The notes: generated from the letters alone by a model not told the origin. Positions 1 to 7,596 are shown, counted from the first letter of the stretch. The stretch: 33,696 nucleotides of DNA from Eubacteriales bacterium (GCA_045602565.1 JAZSBU010000045.1:1-33696), one strand, 5' to 3'. Translations and numbers: made by a program.

Positions 1-7
1 GTTAGCC

Positions 8-167
8 CACATCATTTACGGCATGGCCGTAACATCGTTTGTGCGAAACACAACACTGTTTGCCGAAGGCAACCTCGTTTTGTGTCCACAAGCGGAATGA
101 TGTTATCCTACGGATAAATGATGTTGACCGTAAACGGTCAAACGATGTTGTGTCCTTACGGACACAA
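8..167. repeat. Array of seven short TT-stem-loop-stem-AA hairpins separated by conserved 6-nt linkers; function unknown, truncated by the window edge
   Basis: Hairpins at 16-32, 39-53, 60-72, 80-91 (weak), 103-117, 124-141 and 148-167. Linkers are catcat, catcgt, cactgt, cctcgt, then the reverse-complement type atgatg, atgatg, acgatg. Details are in finding 1. Confidence 0.6.
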
Positions 168-170
168 ACA

Positions 171-210
171 CAAAAAATAAGAGCAAGTCTTCCGACTTGC
201 TCTTATTTTT
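171..210 (-). terminator. Rho-independent terminator closing the tRNA operon; symmetric, so it is also usable for a plus-strand transcript coming from the left
   Basis: Perfect 13-bp stem ataagagcaagtc (177-189) / gacttgctcttat (194-206) with loop ttcc. It is flanked by aaaaaa (172-177) and ttttt (206-210), so it reads as stem plus U-tract on either strand. Confidence 0.8.
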
Positions 211-285
211 TGGAGGTGCCACCCGGATTTGAACCGGGGAATAAAGGTTTTGCAGACCTTGGCCTTACCACTTGGCTATGGCACC
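211..285 (-). tRNA. tRNA-Cys (GCA)
   Basis: Reverse complement is GGTGCCATAGCCAAGTGGTAAGGCCAAGGTCTGCAAAACCTTTATTCCCCGGTTCAAATCCGGGTGGCACCTCCA. It has a 7-bp acceptor stem, anticodon stem AAGGT/ACCTT with loop CTGCAAA, T-arm CCCGG-TTCAAAT-CCGGG and an encoded CCA. Confidence 0.92.
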
Positions 286-291
286 ATCTGA

Positions 292-329
292 ATAAGAAAA
301 GGTATATGGGCTCATATACCTTTTCTTAT
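292..329. other. Perfect 17-bp inverted repeat (hairpin) filling the tRNA-Phe/tRNA-Cys spacer
   Basis: ataagaaaaggtatatg (292-308), loop ggct (309-312), catataccttttcttat (313-329). The two arms are exact reverse complements. Confidence 0.85.
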
Positions 330-330
330 A

Positions 331-406
331 TGGTGCCTCCGGGCGCAATCGAACCACCGCCCCGCGGATTTTCAGTCCCCTGCTCTACCAACTGAGCTAC
401 AGAGGC
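331..406 (-). tRNA. tRNA-Phe (GAA), with two non-canonical stem positions
   Basis: Reverse complement is GCCTCTGTAGCTCAGTTGGTAGAGCAGGGGACTGAAAATCCGCGGGGCGGTGGTTCGATTGCGCCCGGAGGCACCA. It has the canonical length (76 nt with CCA), D-arm GCTC-AGTTGGTA-GAGC and loop CTGAAAA. The anticodon stem GGGGA/TCCGC and the T-stem GGTGG/GCGCC each contain a G:G mismatch. Confidence 0.8.
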
Positions 407-411
407 AAAAA

Positions 412-488
412 TGGCGACCTGGATGGGGCTCGAACCCACGACCTCTAGCGTGACAGGCTAGCGTTCTAACCAGCTGAACTACCAGGCC
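412..488 (-). tRNA. tRNA-Asp (GTC)
   Basis: Reverse complement is GGCCTGGTAGTTCAGCTGGTTAGAACGCTAGCCTGTCACGCTAGAGGTCGTGGGTTCGAGCCCCATCCAGGTCGCCA. Anticodon stem CTAGC/GCTAG with loop CTGTCAC, T-loop TTCGAGC, encoded CCA. Confidence 0.92.
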
Positions 489-520
489 AAATGCAGCATT
501 TGTTTGCTGCAACGATAGAT

Positions 521-549
521 ATTTTACAACATATACTATTAAAAGTCAA
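521..549 (-). promoter_or_regulatory. SigA-type promoter of the tRNA Asp-Phe-Cys operon
   Basis: The minus strand reads TTGACT (549-544), a 17-nt spacer, then TAAAAT (526-521). A 7-bp leader hairpin tgcagca/tgctgca (492-511) follows, then tRNA-Asp at 488. Confidence 0.6.
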
Positions 550-572
550 GTGTTTTTATTGAAAAATATAAT

Positions 573-1454
573 TTATTTTTTCAATCCTTGAAGCAGAAGA
601 TTTTTTATCTCATCCACACCAAAAGAATACCGCTGATCGCAGAAATGACAGCACAATTCGACCGGTTTATCTTCTTCGATCAACTCTGCCAATGTCTTTT
701 TACCAAGGCTTAATAATACCTTTTCTGTCTTCTCTTTAGAACAGTTACAATAGTATTCCCCATTCCAAGTTTCATTAATATGATATGGGATCCGATCCAT
801 CAATATGTCTGCAATTGCTTCGTTGGATGTGTGCTCAAAAAGCGAAGATACATTTTGGACTTTTTGAATATTTTCTTCCAAAATACTGATCGTTTCTTCA
901 TCGGCACCCGGAAGCAACTGCAAAAGAAAGCCACCGGCCGATTTAACCGAATAATCCCGATCAACCAGCACACCTAAAGCGCATACGGTCGGAGTCTGTT
1001 CGCTTGTGGCATAATAATGGGTAATATCCTCAGCGATCTCACCGCTGACCAGCATCGTCTGGCTAACGTAGGGTTCCCCTTCTCCATTATCGCGAAGAAC
1101 CGTTAAAAAACCGGGACCAAGGGCACCGCTGACGTCTAATTTGCCAACTTTATTTAACGGAATGTCAACAATGGGATTGCCCACGTAACCTTTAACTTTA
1201 GAATTGCGGTCCCCTGTCGCCAAAACCGATTTGATGGGACCGCCGCAATCAATCTGAAGAGTCAATAAATCAGAATCATTCTTCAAAGTACGCCCCATCA
1301 TTGCAGCAGCAGTCAACAGCCGACCTAAAGCAGCGGTAACGACCGGCGCCGTCTTATGATATTCAAAGGCTTTTTGGACTAACTCTTTAGAATTAAGAAA
1401 ATATCCCCGAACCATTCCATTGTCCGAAAGAATTGATATCCCTGGGTTTTTCAT
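573..1454 (-). CDS. hslO: Redox-regulated chaperone Hsp33
   Basis: 293 aa. N-terminal Hsp33 pattern (VRGYF..ELVQKAFEYHKTAPVVTAALGRLLTAAAMMG) and C-terminal zinc centre CNC...CCHFC. Confidence 0.92.
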   Translation of the reverse strand: MKNPGISILSDNGMVRGYFLNSKELVQKAFEYHKTAPVVTAALGRLLTAAAMMGRTLKNDSDLLTLQIDCGGPIKSVLATGDRNSKVKGYVGNPIVDIPLNKVGKLDVSGALGPGFLTVLRDNGEGEPYVSQTMLVSGEIAEDITHYYATSEQTPTVCALGVLVDRDYSVKSAGGFLLQLLPGADEETISILEENIQKVQNVSSLFEHTSNEAIADILMDRIPYHINETWNGEYYCNCSKEKTEKVLLSLGKKTLAELIEEDKPVELCCHFCDQRYSFGVDEIKNLLLQGLKK

Positions 1455-1457
1455 AAT

Positions 1458-2213
1458 TTAACTCTCCTTTATTGCAACAAACGTTACACGCTGCGTTTGA
1501 TCATTGGGAACCTCTTCCGAATAATCGTCTGTCATCTGAACAATTCTAAATTCATATTTTTGCAATAGATCTTTTATAAAATCAACGGAATAATACCGTT
1601 GAATCTGTTCTTCATTGTAACGTTCATAAAGATCTCTACACTGATTAAAAATCGATAATTCATGGTAGCAAAGCTCATCTTCATATCGACTCTGCCAAAC
1701 CATAAAAACATCGTCTTCGTCATAGATTTGGCATTGATTATCCAGAAGGTTGCGATATTTATATTCTGTATTGACGTCGAAAATAAGAAGTCCGTTTGGG
1801 TTCAGGTAATTTCTAAACCAATAGAACAAGCGATCCAGATCATCAGGCTCTTTGATATAATTCAAGGTATCCAGTGTCGAAATAAGGCAGTCAACAGTAC
1901 CATATAGTTCAAATTCCGGCAACTGCTGGCACAAGAACAACGCTTTATCCCCTTTTAAGTGTTCCAATCGCTTACTTTGCGCTTCGGAAAGCATATCGGT
2001 ACTACCATCAATACCGATCATATCATAACCTTTATCCAGCAAAGACAAGGTAATGGTACCGCTTCCGCAGCCAATGTCACATACCAAGGATGCCACCGGA
2101 TTATATCGACGAATTTTCTCATCAATAAAATCCGTTATCATCTCATAGTCTGCGCCAACAAAACGGTCATAAAATTTTGCCAAAGCAGAAAATTGATTCA
2201 TAAAACTCCTCAA
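1458..2213 (-). CDS. Class I SAM-dependent methyltransferase (substrate unknown)
   Basis: 251 aa with motif I VCDIGCGSGTITL. Tightly packed between obg and hslO. Confidence 0.75.
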   Translation of the reverse strand: MRSFMNQFSALAKFYDRFVGADYEMITDFIDEKIRRYNPVASLVCDIGCGSGTITLSLLDKGYDMIGIDGSTDMLSEAQSKRLEHLKGDKALFLCQQLPEFELYGTVDCLISTLDTLNYIKEPDDLDRLFYWFRNYLNPNGLLIFDVNTEYKYRNLLDNQCQIYDEDDVFMVWQSRYEDELCYHELSIFNQCRDLYERYNEEQIQRYYSVDFIKDLLQKYEFRIVQMTDDYSEEVPNDQTQRVTFVAIKES

Positions 2214-3482
2214 TTAGCGAATATAATCAAACTCTAATTCACCGATGCGAACCGGATCCCCTTCTTGTACTCCCATTTCTTCCAATTTTTCGATAATTCC
2301 ATTGCTTTGCAACACACGTTGGAAGAAATTCATCGATTCATAATCATCAAAACGGATGGTTTCAAGGATCTTAAAGAGCCATTCGCCCTCAACAACATAT
2401 ACGCCATTCTCCTTGACAACTGTAAAGGATTTATCCTTTTCAACATTAACCGGTGTTTTGACATATTCCGCCTCAAAAACCTTGGTTTTAGGCAAGGTTT
2501 CAAGCAATTCACCGGTCTTTGCCAAAAGCGGATCGATTCCGTTTTTGGTTGCTGCCGAGATTAAAAACAACGGATAACCTTTGGATTCAATGTGTTTGAT
2601 AAATCTTTCTTTAAGCTCTTCGTCATAAACAGCATCGCATTTATTGGCAACTACAATTTGGGGTAAGCTCGCTAAAGTTTCGGAATATGATTTCAATTCG
2701 TTATTGATAATTTCAAAATCTTCGATGGGATCGCGCCCTTCGGTTCCTGCAATATCCACAACATGGAGCAACATTCTGCAGCGTTCAACATGGCGCAAAA
2801 ACGCAGTTCCAAGCCCTGCACCGCCGGCCGCACCCTCGATAATACCCGGAATATCAGCAATAACATAGCCATTTCCAAATCGATCCACAACACCCAAATT
2901 CGGGGTCATCGTTGTAAAATGATAATTTGCGATCTTAGGTCTTGCAGAAGAAACGACCGAAAGGAAGGTGGATTTACCGACATTGGGAAAACCAATCAGC
3001 CCAACATCCGCAATCAACTTTAATTCCAACTGAATATGAAACTCTTCACCGGGTTGACCGGGTTTTGCAAAACGCGGAATTTGACGAGTAGGAGTGGCAA
3101 AATGCTGATTTCCCCATCCACCATTGCCGCCTTTAGCTGCAATAAACGGTTGATCGTCCGAAAGATCTTTAATAAGCAACCCTGTTTCAGCATCTTTAAT
3201 CAATGTACCAAAAGGAACTTTAATCACCAGCGGAGGTGCCCCCGCACCGGTACACTGATTAGTTCCGCCATTTTTACCATCTTCTGCAACATATTTTCTT
3301 TTATAGCGGAAATCCATCAAGGTATTCAGATTGCGGTCGGCTTTAAAAATAATATCTCCGCCTTTACCGCCATCGCCACCATCAGGACCACCGGCATTTA
3401 CATATTTTTCACGATGGAAAGCAACAGCACCATCGCCGCCTTTTCCTGCTTTTATAAATATTTTCGCAACATCAACAAACAT
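2214..3482 (-). CDS. obg: GTPase Obg/CgtA
   Basis: 422 aa. Glycine-rich Obg fold (MFVDVAKIFIKAGKGGDGAVAFHREKY, GGDGGKGG), G domain GFPNVGKST..DIPG..NKCD, and C-terminal OCT domain. SD AAGGAAG upstream. Confidence 0.95.
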   Translation of the reverse strand: MFVDVAKIFIKAGKGGDGAVAFHREKYVNAGGPDGGDGGKGGDIIFKADRNLNTLMDFRYKRKYVAEDGKNGGTNQCTGAGAPPLVIKVPFGTLIKDAETGLLIKDLSDDQPFIAAKGGNGGWGNQHFATPTRQIPRFAKPGQPGEEFHIQLELKLIADVGLIGFPNVGKSTFLSVVSSARPKIANYHFTTMTPNLGVVDRFGNGYVIADIPGIIEGAAGGAGLGTAFLRHVERCRMLLHVVDIAGTEGRDPIEDFEIINNELKSYSETLASLPQIVVANKCDAVYDEELKERFIKHIESKGYPLFLISAATKNGIDPLLAKTGELLETLPKTKVFEAEYVKTPVNVEKDKSFTVVKENGVYVVEGEWLFKILETIRFDDYESMNFFQRVLQSNGIIEKLEEMGVQEGDPVRIGELEFDYIR

Positions 3483-3513
3483 TTTGTTTATCTTCCTTAA
3501 CTTATTACTAAAC

Positions 3514-3547
3514 GAAAAAAATCCCGGAAAAGATCCGGGATTTTATG
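3514..3547 (-). terminator. Rho-independent terminator after rpmA (probably partial, as obg follows with no obvious promoter)
   Basis: The minus strand reads TCCCGGA-TCTTT-TCCGGGA followed by TTTTTTT (plus-strand stems at 3522-3528 and 3534-3540). Confidence 0.75.
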
Positions 3548-3551
3548 CTGA

Positions 3552-3830
3552 TTAGTCTACAGCGTAAACAGAAACCTTTTTTCTGTCGCGGCCGACGCGC
3601 TCAAACTTTACTTTGCCGTCGATCAATGCGAACAAAGAATCGTTGGATGCACGGCCAACATTGTTACCGGGATGGATCTTTGTCCCTCTCTGGGTAACGA
3701 GGATATTGCCGGCGAGTACAAACTGACCATCGGCTCTCTTCACACCCAGGCGCTTGGATTCGGAATCTCTGCCGTTCTTGGTAGAGCCCATACCTTTTTT
3801 ATGCGCAAAAAACTGAATATTAAACAACAT
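3552..3830 (-). CDS. rpmA: 50S ribosomal protein L27 with N-terminal propeptide
   Basis: 92 aa. [23 protein letters not shown] shows the Firmicute Prp cleavage context (FF/A.KKG). SD GGAGGTG. Confidence 0.95.
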   Translation of the reverse strand: MLFNIQFFAHKKGMGSTKNGRDSESKRLGVKRADGQFVLAGNILVTQRGTKIHPGNNVGRASNDSLFALIDGKVKFERVGRDRKKVSVYAVD

Positions 3831-3833
3831 TTG

Positions 3834-4154
3834 TTACACCTCCATTATTTCAAGGTTAAAATACATTGCATAATCCTTTGCAATGCTCTTTGCCAGTTCA
3901 ACCAAAATCGCAATATGTTTGGAAAACTGTGCGTCTGGTTTTTCACTGATACATCGAATCAATGCGTTATCCTGATCTACAGTTAACTGCATAGGAATTC
4001 GATCGATTTGCTCTCCGCAGTTAATGCAATATTGGACAGCGGTAGAAACAGCAGAACAAACCATATCTTCTCCTGCATCGGCATAACCGCTATGCCCTTT
4101 GCATTCAAAACCGATATAAAGCGAATCTTTACGATAGACCTTAAGGACTGTCAT
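3834..4154 (-). CDS. prp: Ribosomal-processing cysteine protease Prp (YsxB family)
   Basis: 106 aa with GHSGYADAGEDMVCSAVS. Located between rplU and rpmA, as in other Firmicutes. Confidence 0.88.
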   Translation of the reverse strand: MTVLKVYRKDSLYIGFECKGHSGYADAGEDMVCSAVSTAVQYCINCGEQIDRIPMQLTVDQDNALIRCISEKPDAQFSKHIAILVELAKSIAKDYAMYFNLEIMEV

Positions 4155-4157
4155 AAA

Positions 4158-4490
4158 TTATGCTTCGGCCTTGGGAGCAGTGGGATTGATCGTATTGATC
4201 TGAATCTTGGTATAGGGCTGTCTGTGGCCTTGCTTTCTGCGATAATTCTTCTTGGGCTTCATCTTATAAACGATGATCTTCTTTTCCTTACCGCTCTTCA
4301 GCACAGTAGCTTCAATGGTGGCACCCTTCACATAGGGCTTACCAATCTTCAGCTTCTTGCCTTCGCCAACGCTTACCACCTTGTCAAAGGTAACAACACT
4401 GTCGTTTTCGGCGTCCAACTTTTCGATGAAAAGAATGTCGCCTTCCTGCACTTTGTATTGCTTACCGCCGGTTTCAAAAATTGCGTACAT
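4158..4490 (-). CDS. rplU: 50S ribosomal protein L21
   Basis: [19 protein letters not shown] place the start at the ATG at 4490 (SD GAGGTG 7 nt upstream). The GTG at 4505 used in the ORF track lies inside that SD. Confidence 0.93.
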   Translation of the reverse strand: MYAIFETGGKQYKVQEGDILFIEKLDAENDSVVTFDKVVSVGEGKKLKIGKPYVKGATIEATVLKSGKEKKIIVYKMKPKKNYRRKQGHRQPYTKIQINTINPTAPKAEA

Positions 4491-4505
4491 TACAAAGCAC
4501 CTCAC

Positions 4506-4567
4506 TTTCTTAAAGAAAACTCGCTATGGCAGGTTGGTTTCCCATTAAGACCTGACATACGCGGCTA
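4506..4567 (-). promoter_or_regulatory. rplU 5' leader, candidate L21-leader type autoregulatory structure
   Basis: The roughly 75-nt leader contains a helix CAGGT..(TGGG AAA CCA)..ACCTG. Firmicutes are known to carry a conserved L21 leader RNA. I cannot verify a match to that model by eye. Confidence 0.4.
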
Positions 4568-4573
4568 AAAGAG

Positions 4574-4602
4574 ATTATAACATATCAAAAATTGAATGTC
4601 AA
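4574..4602 (-). promoter_or_regulatory. Consensus SigA promoter of rplU-prp-rpmA
   Basis: The minus strand reads TTGACA (4602-4597), a 17-nt spacer, then TGT-TATAAT (extended -10; TATAAT at 4579-4574). The -35 element overlaps the recN stop codon (4599-4601). Confidence 0.8.
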
Positions 4603-6284
4603 TCTTTATTTTTATTATTTATCAGCAATTCTTCTGCACTTTGCAATAACTTTTCCGAAAGCTGTTCGCCACCCATGATACGGGCAATTTCACAGACCTT
4701 TTGATCATGAGTCAAAAGATGAATCTGCGATATGACACGCTCGTTTTCGGTTTGTTTTGCAACCTTATAGTGATGGTCTGCCTGCGCAGCGATCTGTGCC
4801 AGGTGCGTTATGGAAAATACCTGCTTCTCCCCTGCGCTTTCTTGAAGTTTCTTGCCGATTTTTTCGGCTGTCGCACCGGAAACACCGGTATCCACCTCAT
4901 CATAAATGACCGTATCCGCTCCATTGTTAATCACCGTCTTTAGCGCCAGCATAATTCGTGAAAGTTCCCCGCCGGAAGCGATTTTAGCCAAAGGACGCGG
5001 CTTTTCACCTGCATTCGCCGAGAGGAAGAATTCAACATCATCTTTTCCATCGTTGCGATAGCGGATCCCGCCTCGATCGTTTACACGGTCTTCGACAGCG
5101 ATCACAAACTGAACATTCGGCATATCAAGATATCCCAATTCATTTTTCAGCCGTTCTTCCATCGCCTTTGCCGCTTTCTTTCGTTGCTTTGAAAGGTGAT
5201 CGGCGCATTGATCCAATTTTTTTCTCTCAACAGCAAATTCTTGCTCCAAAACCTTTAATTGCTCGCCATTGTGGTCTAAATTCTCATACTCTTCTTTACA
5301 ATTTTGCCAAAAACGAAGGACATCCTCATCCTTCGGGCCATACTTCTTACAAATTTCTTCCAGTAAATCTAATCTACTCTCGAGTTTTTGCGGATCCATT
5401 AATTCACCGGCATATGAATCAAACAATTTTCCAAGCGTTGCGCCCAAATCGTCCAGATCGGTTGAAATCTGGCTTAGGCGGCGAACATACTCCTCGCCTT
5501 GAGGCAATAGCTTTTCAATGGAAATCATACTATCAAGTGCCATTTTTACAAGTTGAGATGCAGGAAGCTCGCCGTCATAAACAGCAGTTGAAGCTGTATG
5601 CAAGCCTTCGGTGATTTCGGTGTTTTTTAGAAAATTTTTTCGCAAAGCCATCAACTCATCGTATTCACCTGCTTGAATGCTACATTGCTCTAATTCCGAA
5701 AGAATCCGCTCCAGTTCCTTTCGACGCGCTTCTTTTGAGGCCTCCATTGCCTGGCATTTGGTTAATTTATCGCGCAATTCCTTGACAGCATCGTATGCGA
5801 TCTCATAAGATCGCCGAGCTTCATCCACCACCCCAAATGCATCTAAGTACCCCAAATGACGTTTGGAATCCAGAAGGAGCACCCCATCGTGCTGGCCATG
5901 AATATTAATTAACAGCTCCCCTAATTGCTTTAAAAAAGAAACCGTCACATTAACACCATTGATTCGGGCATTATTCCGACCGTCAGCGCCGATTTTACGA
6001 AAGATGGCAATATTGCCATCGGCATCGGGTGATAATTCGTTTTCATTCAAAAGATCAATTATCTCATCAGAAAGGTCGGAAAAACAAGCGCTGACAACTG
6101 CAGCATCTGTTCCGGTTCGAATTAAATCCTTAGATGCTTTATTCCCGACCAATAACTGAATAGAATCGATTATAATACTTTTTCCCGCACCGGTTTCACC
6201 GGTGAGAACCGAAAATCCCTTGTTAAAATCGACATCCAAATGATCGATGATTGCTATATTTTCAATATGTAATGAATTCAGCAT
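4599..6284 (-). CDS. recN: DNA repair protein RecN
   Basis: 561 aa. SMC-like N-terminus (LTGETGAGKSIIIDS), long coiled coil, C-terminal signature ASGGELSRIMLALK and Walker B VIYDEVD. Confidence 0.95.
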   Translation of the reverse strand: MLNSLHIENIAIIDHLDVDFNKGFSVLTGETGAGKSIIIDSIQLLVGNKASKDLIRTGTDAAVVSACFSDLSDEIIDLLNENELSPDADGNIAIFRKIGADGRNNARINGVNVTVSFLKQLGELLINIHGQHDGVLLLDSKRHLGYLDAFGVVDEARRSYEIAYDAVKELRDKLTKCQAMEASKEARRKELERILSELEQCSIQAGEYDELMALRKNFLKNTEITEGLHTASTAVYDGELPASQLVKMALDSMISIEKLLPQGEEYVRRLSQISTDLDDLGATLGKLFDSYAGELMDPQKLESRLDLLEEICKKYGPKDEDVLRFWQNCKEEYENLDHNGEQLKVLEQEFAVERKKLDQCADHLSKQRKKAAKAMEERLKNELGYLDMPNVQFVIAVEDRVNDRGGIRYRNDGKDDVEFFLSANAGEKPRPLAKIASGGELSRIMLALKTVINNGADTVIYDEVDTGVSGATAEKIGKKLQESAGEKQVFSITHLAQIAAQADHHYKVAKQTENERVISQIHLLTHDQKVCEIARIMGGEQLSEKLLQSAEELLINNKNKD

Positions 6285-6292
6285 TTAAAATC

Positions 6293-6745
6293 TCATCCTT
6301 TGATCGATGTTAAAACCTTTTTTATATTTTCGGCATACTCATTATTTAAGGTACAAATAAAAATCGTGTCGTCTCCCGCGATGGATCCGGCAACGCCTTG
6401 AAGGTGCATCCCATCAATTGTTGCGCAAACAGCCCCCGCCATTCCCGCATAACATTTAACAATCACAAAGTTCTGCGCAGGGACGATATCAATTATTCCA
6501 TTCTGGATGATCGAATTGGCTTGCACTTTTGCAGGTTGAGGAGGAATTCCCACCGAAGGTTTAACATACCGTGTTTCATTTCCGTCGGATGCTTTACGAA
6601 GGCCCAAGGCTTTAATATCTCTGGAAACAGTCGCTTGCGTGACATTCCAACCCTGACTTTGCAATATGGAAACGAGCATTTCTTGGGTCAAGACAGCTTG
6701 TTCCTCAATAATCTTCAAAATTGCTTCCTGTCTTAAATTTTTCAT
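6293..6745 (-). CDS. argR: Arginine repressor
   Basis: 150 aa. Winged-helix N-terminus (QEMLVSILQSQGWNVTQATVSRDIKAL) and C-terminal oligomerisation motif GTIAGDDT-like (GSIAGDDTIFI). Confidence 0.92.
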   Translation of the reverse strand: MKNLRQEAILKIIEEQAVLTQEMLVSILQSQGWNVTQATVSRDIKALGLRKASDGNETRYVKPSVGIPPQPAKVQANSIIQNGIIDIVPAQNFVIVKCYAGMAGAVCATIDGMHLQGVAGSIAGDDTIFICTLNNEYAENIKKVLTSIKG

Positions 6746-7596
6746 AACATCCTCCGACTGATTTTTTCGTTCAATACCTTATAAAAACTCTTATCTGAAA
6801 GTTTCAACAGTTTTAACGGAGTTGAATGGCGTGTTATCGCAACATAATCGCCATCAACAAGGCTTTTTATAACATTGCCGTCACATTCCAACCCCGGTTC
6901 AATCCTCTCTGCATTCAAAACACGAACAAACAATGTTTGCTTTGCAGCATCGAACACCACTGAACGAGCACCAAGTGTATGGGGGCAAATCGGTGTGACT
7001 ACAATATTATTGGATTGAGGTTCCAGAATCGGTCCACCTGCGCTCATCGAATAGGCAGTAGAGCCGGTGGGGGTTGCAACAATGAAACCATCACAAAAAT
7101 ATTCAAGCAAATCTTTTTCAGAATCAGAAATAACGATCTGAGCAGGCTTGCCGCTTTTGCTGCGAATCACAGCATCGTTTAAAGCCACAAACTCATTGGA
7201 AACTACTCCGTTATTTATAACAGAAACACGCAGCATCATTCGTTCCGTACAATCAAATTCATTGGAAAGAATGGACGGAAGCAGCTCCAATTCATCACAT
7301 TCCAGTTCCGCCAAAAAACCAAGATGCCCCAAATTGACTCCAAGAAGCGGAACATCATACTTATTCGCATATGCGGCCGCCCGCAGCAACGTCCCATCGC
7401 CGCCCAAAGTAAGTACAAGCATCGAATCGGCAAAGCACTTTTCCATACTGCAAAATTCAAATATTTGATCCGAAAGATAATTTCCGCAGGATACCGCAAC
7501 TTCATAATGATGTTCTCTCAATAAACCCAAGAGATATTTCAAATGCTTTAGTCCGGGATCCTTTTCGGGATGGACAACAATTCCTATTTTATTCAT
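6742..7596 (-). CDS. nadK: NAD(+) kinase
   Basis: GGDGTLL signature (LTLGGDGTLLRAA) and TPTGSTAYSMSAGGPI. Start placed at the ATG at 7596 (MNKIGIVV, SD GGAGG); the longer 327-aa ORF-track version is rejected. Overlaps the tlyA stop by 8 nt. Confidence 0.9.
   Translation of the reverse strand: MNKIGIVVHPEKDPGLKHLKYLLGLLREHHYEVAVSCGNYLSDQIFEFCSMEKCFADSMLVLTLGGDGTLLRAAAYANKYDVPLLGVNLGHLGFLAELECDELELLPSILSNEFDCTERMMLRVSVINNGVVSNEFVALNDAVIRSKSGKPAQIVISDSEKDLLEYFCDGFIVATPTGSTAYSMSAGGPILEPQSNNIVVTPICPHTLGARSVVFDAAKQTLFVRVLNAERIEPGLECDGNVIKSLVDGDYVAITRHSTPLKLLKLSDKSFYKVLNEKISRRML

Noticed and set aside
1-170. Hairpin array interpreted as a CRISPR array, a CsrA/Rsm-type sponge or a DnaA-box cluster/origin
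   Set aside because: The CRISPR reading fails because the period is only 20-24 nt, the conserved part is only about 10 nt, the variable parts are palindromes and there are no cas genes. The CsrA sponge reading fails because there are only three GGA motifs (94-96, 112-114, 160-162), and two of them are buried in stems rather than loops. The DnaA reading fails because TTATCC (103-108) and its inverted copy are only half-boxes, and no 9-mer has fewer than two mismatches. The feature is kept as unexplained rather than assigned.
39-395. 118-aa plus-strand ORF from the ORF track
   Set aside because: It runs through the hairpin array, the terminator and two complete tRNA genes on the opposite strand, and it has no SD. 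It is an artefact of open frames in structured RNA genes.
3036-3555. Plus-strand ORFs (154 aa and 74 aa, proline/serine-rich) antisense to obg
   Set aside because: They are shadow frames of the glycine-rich GGDGG-encoding region of obg. They have low-complexity composition, no SD, and lie entirely inside a very confident gene.
4008-4568. 186-aa plus-strand ORF spanning prp, rplU and the rplU leader
   Set aside because: It is antisense to two ribosomal-operon genes and crosses their intergenic junction and promoter. It has no recognisable family or SD.
5168-5614. Long antisense ORFs inside recN (148 aa), prkC (15683-16039), stp (16482-16880), uvrA (27415-27807, 28300-28674) and uvrB (30027-30470)
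   Set aside because: All lie wholly within confidently identified genes on the other strand. They lack SD sequences and show no family-like motifs.
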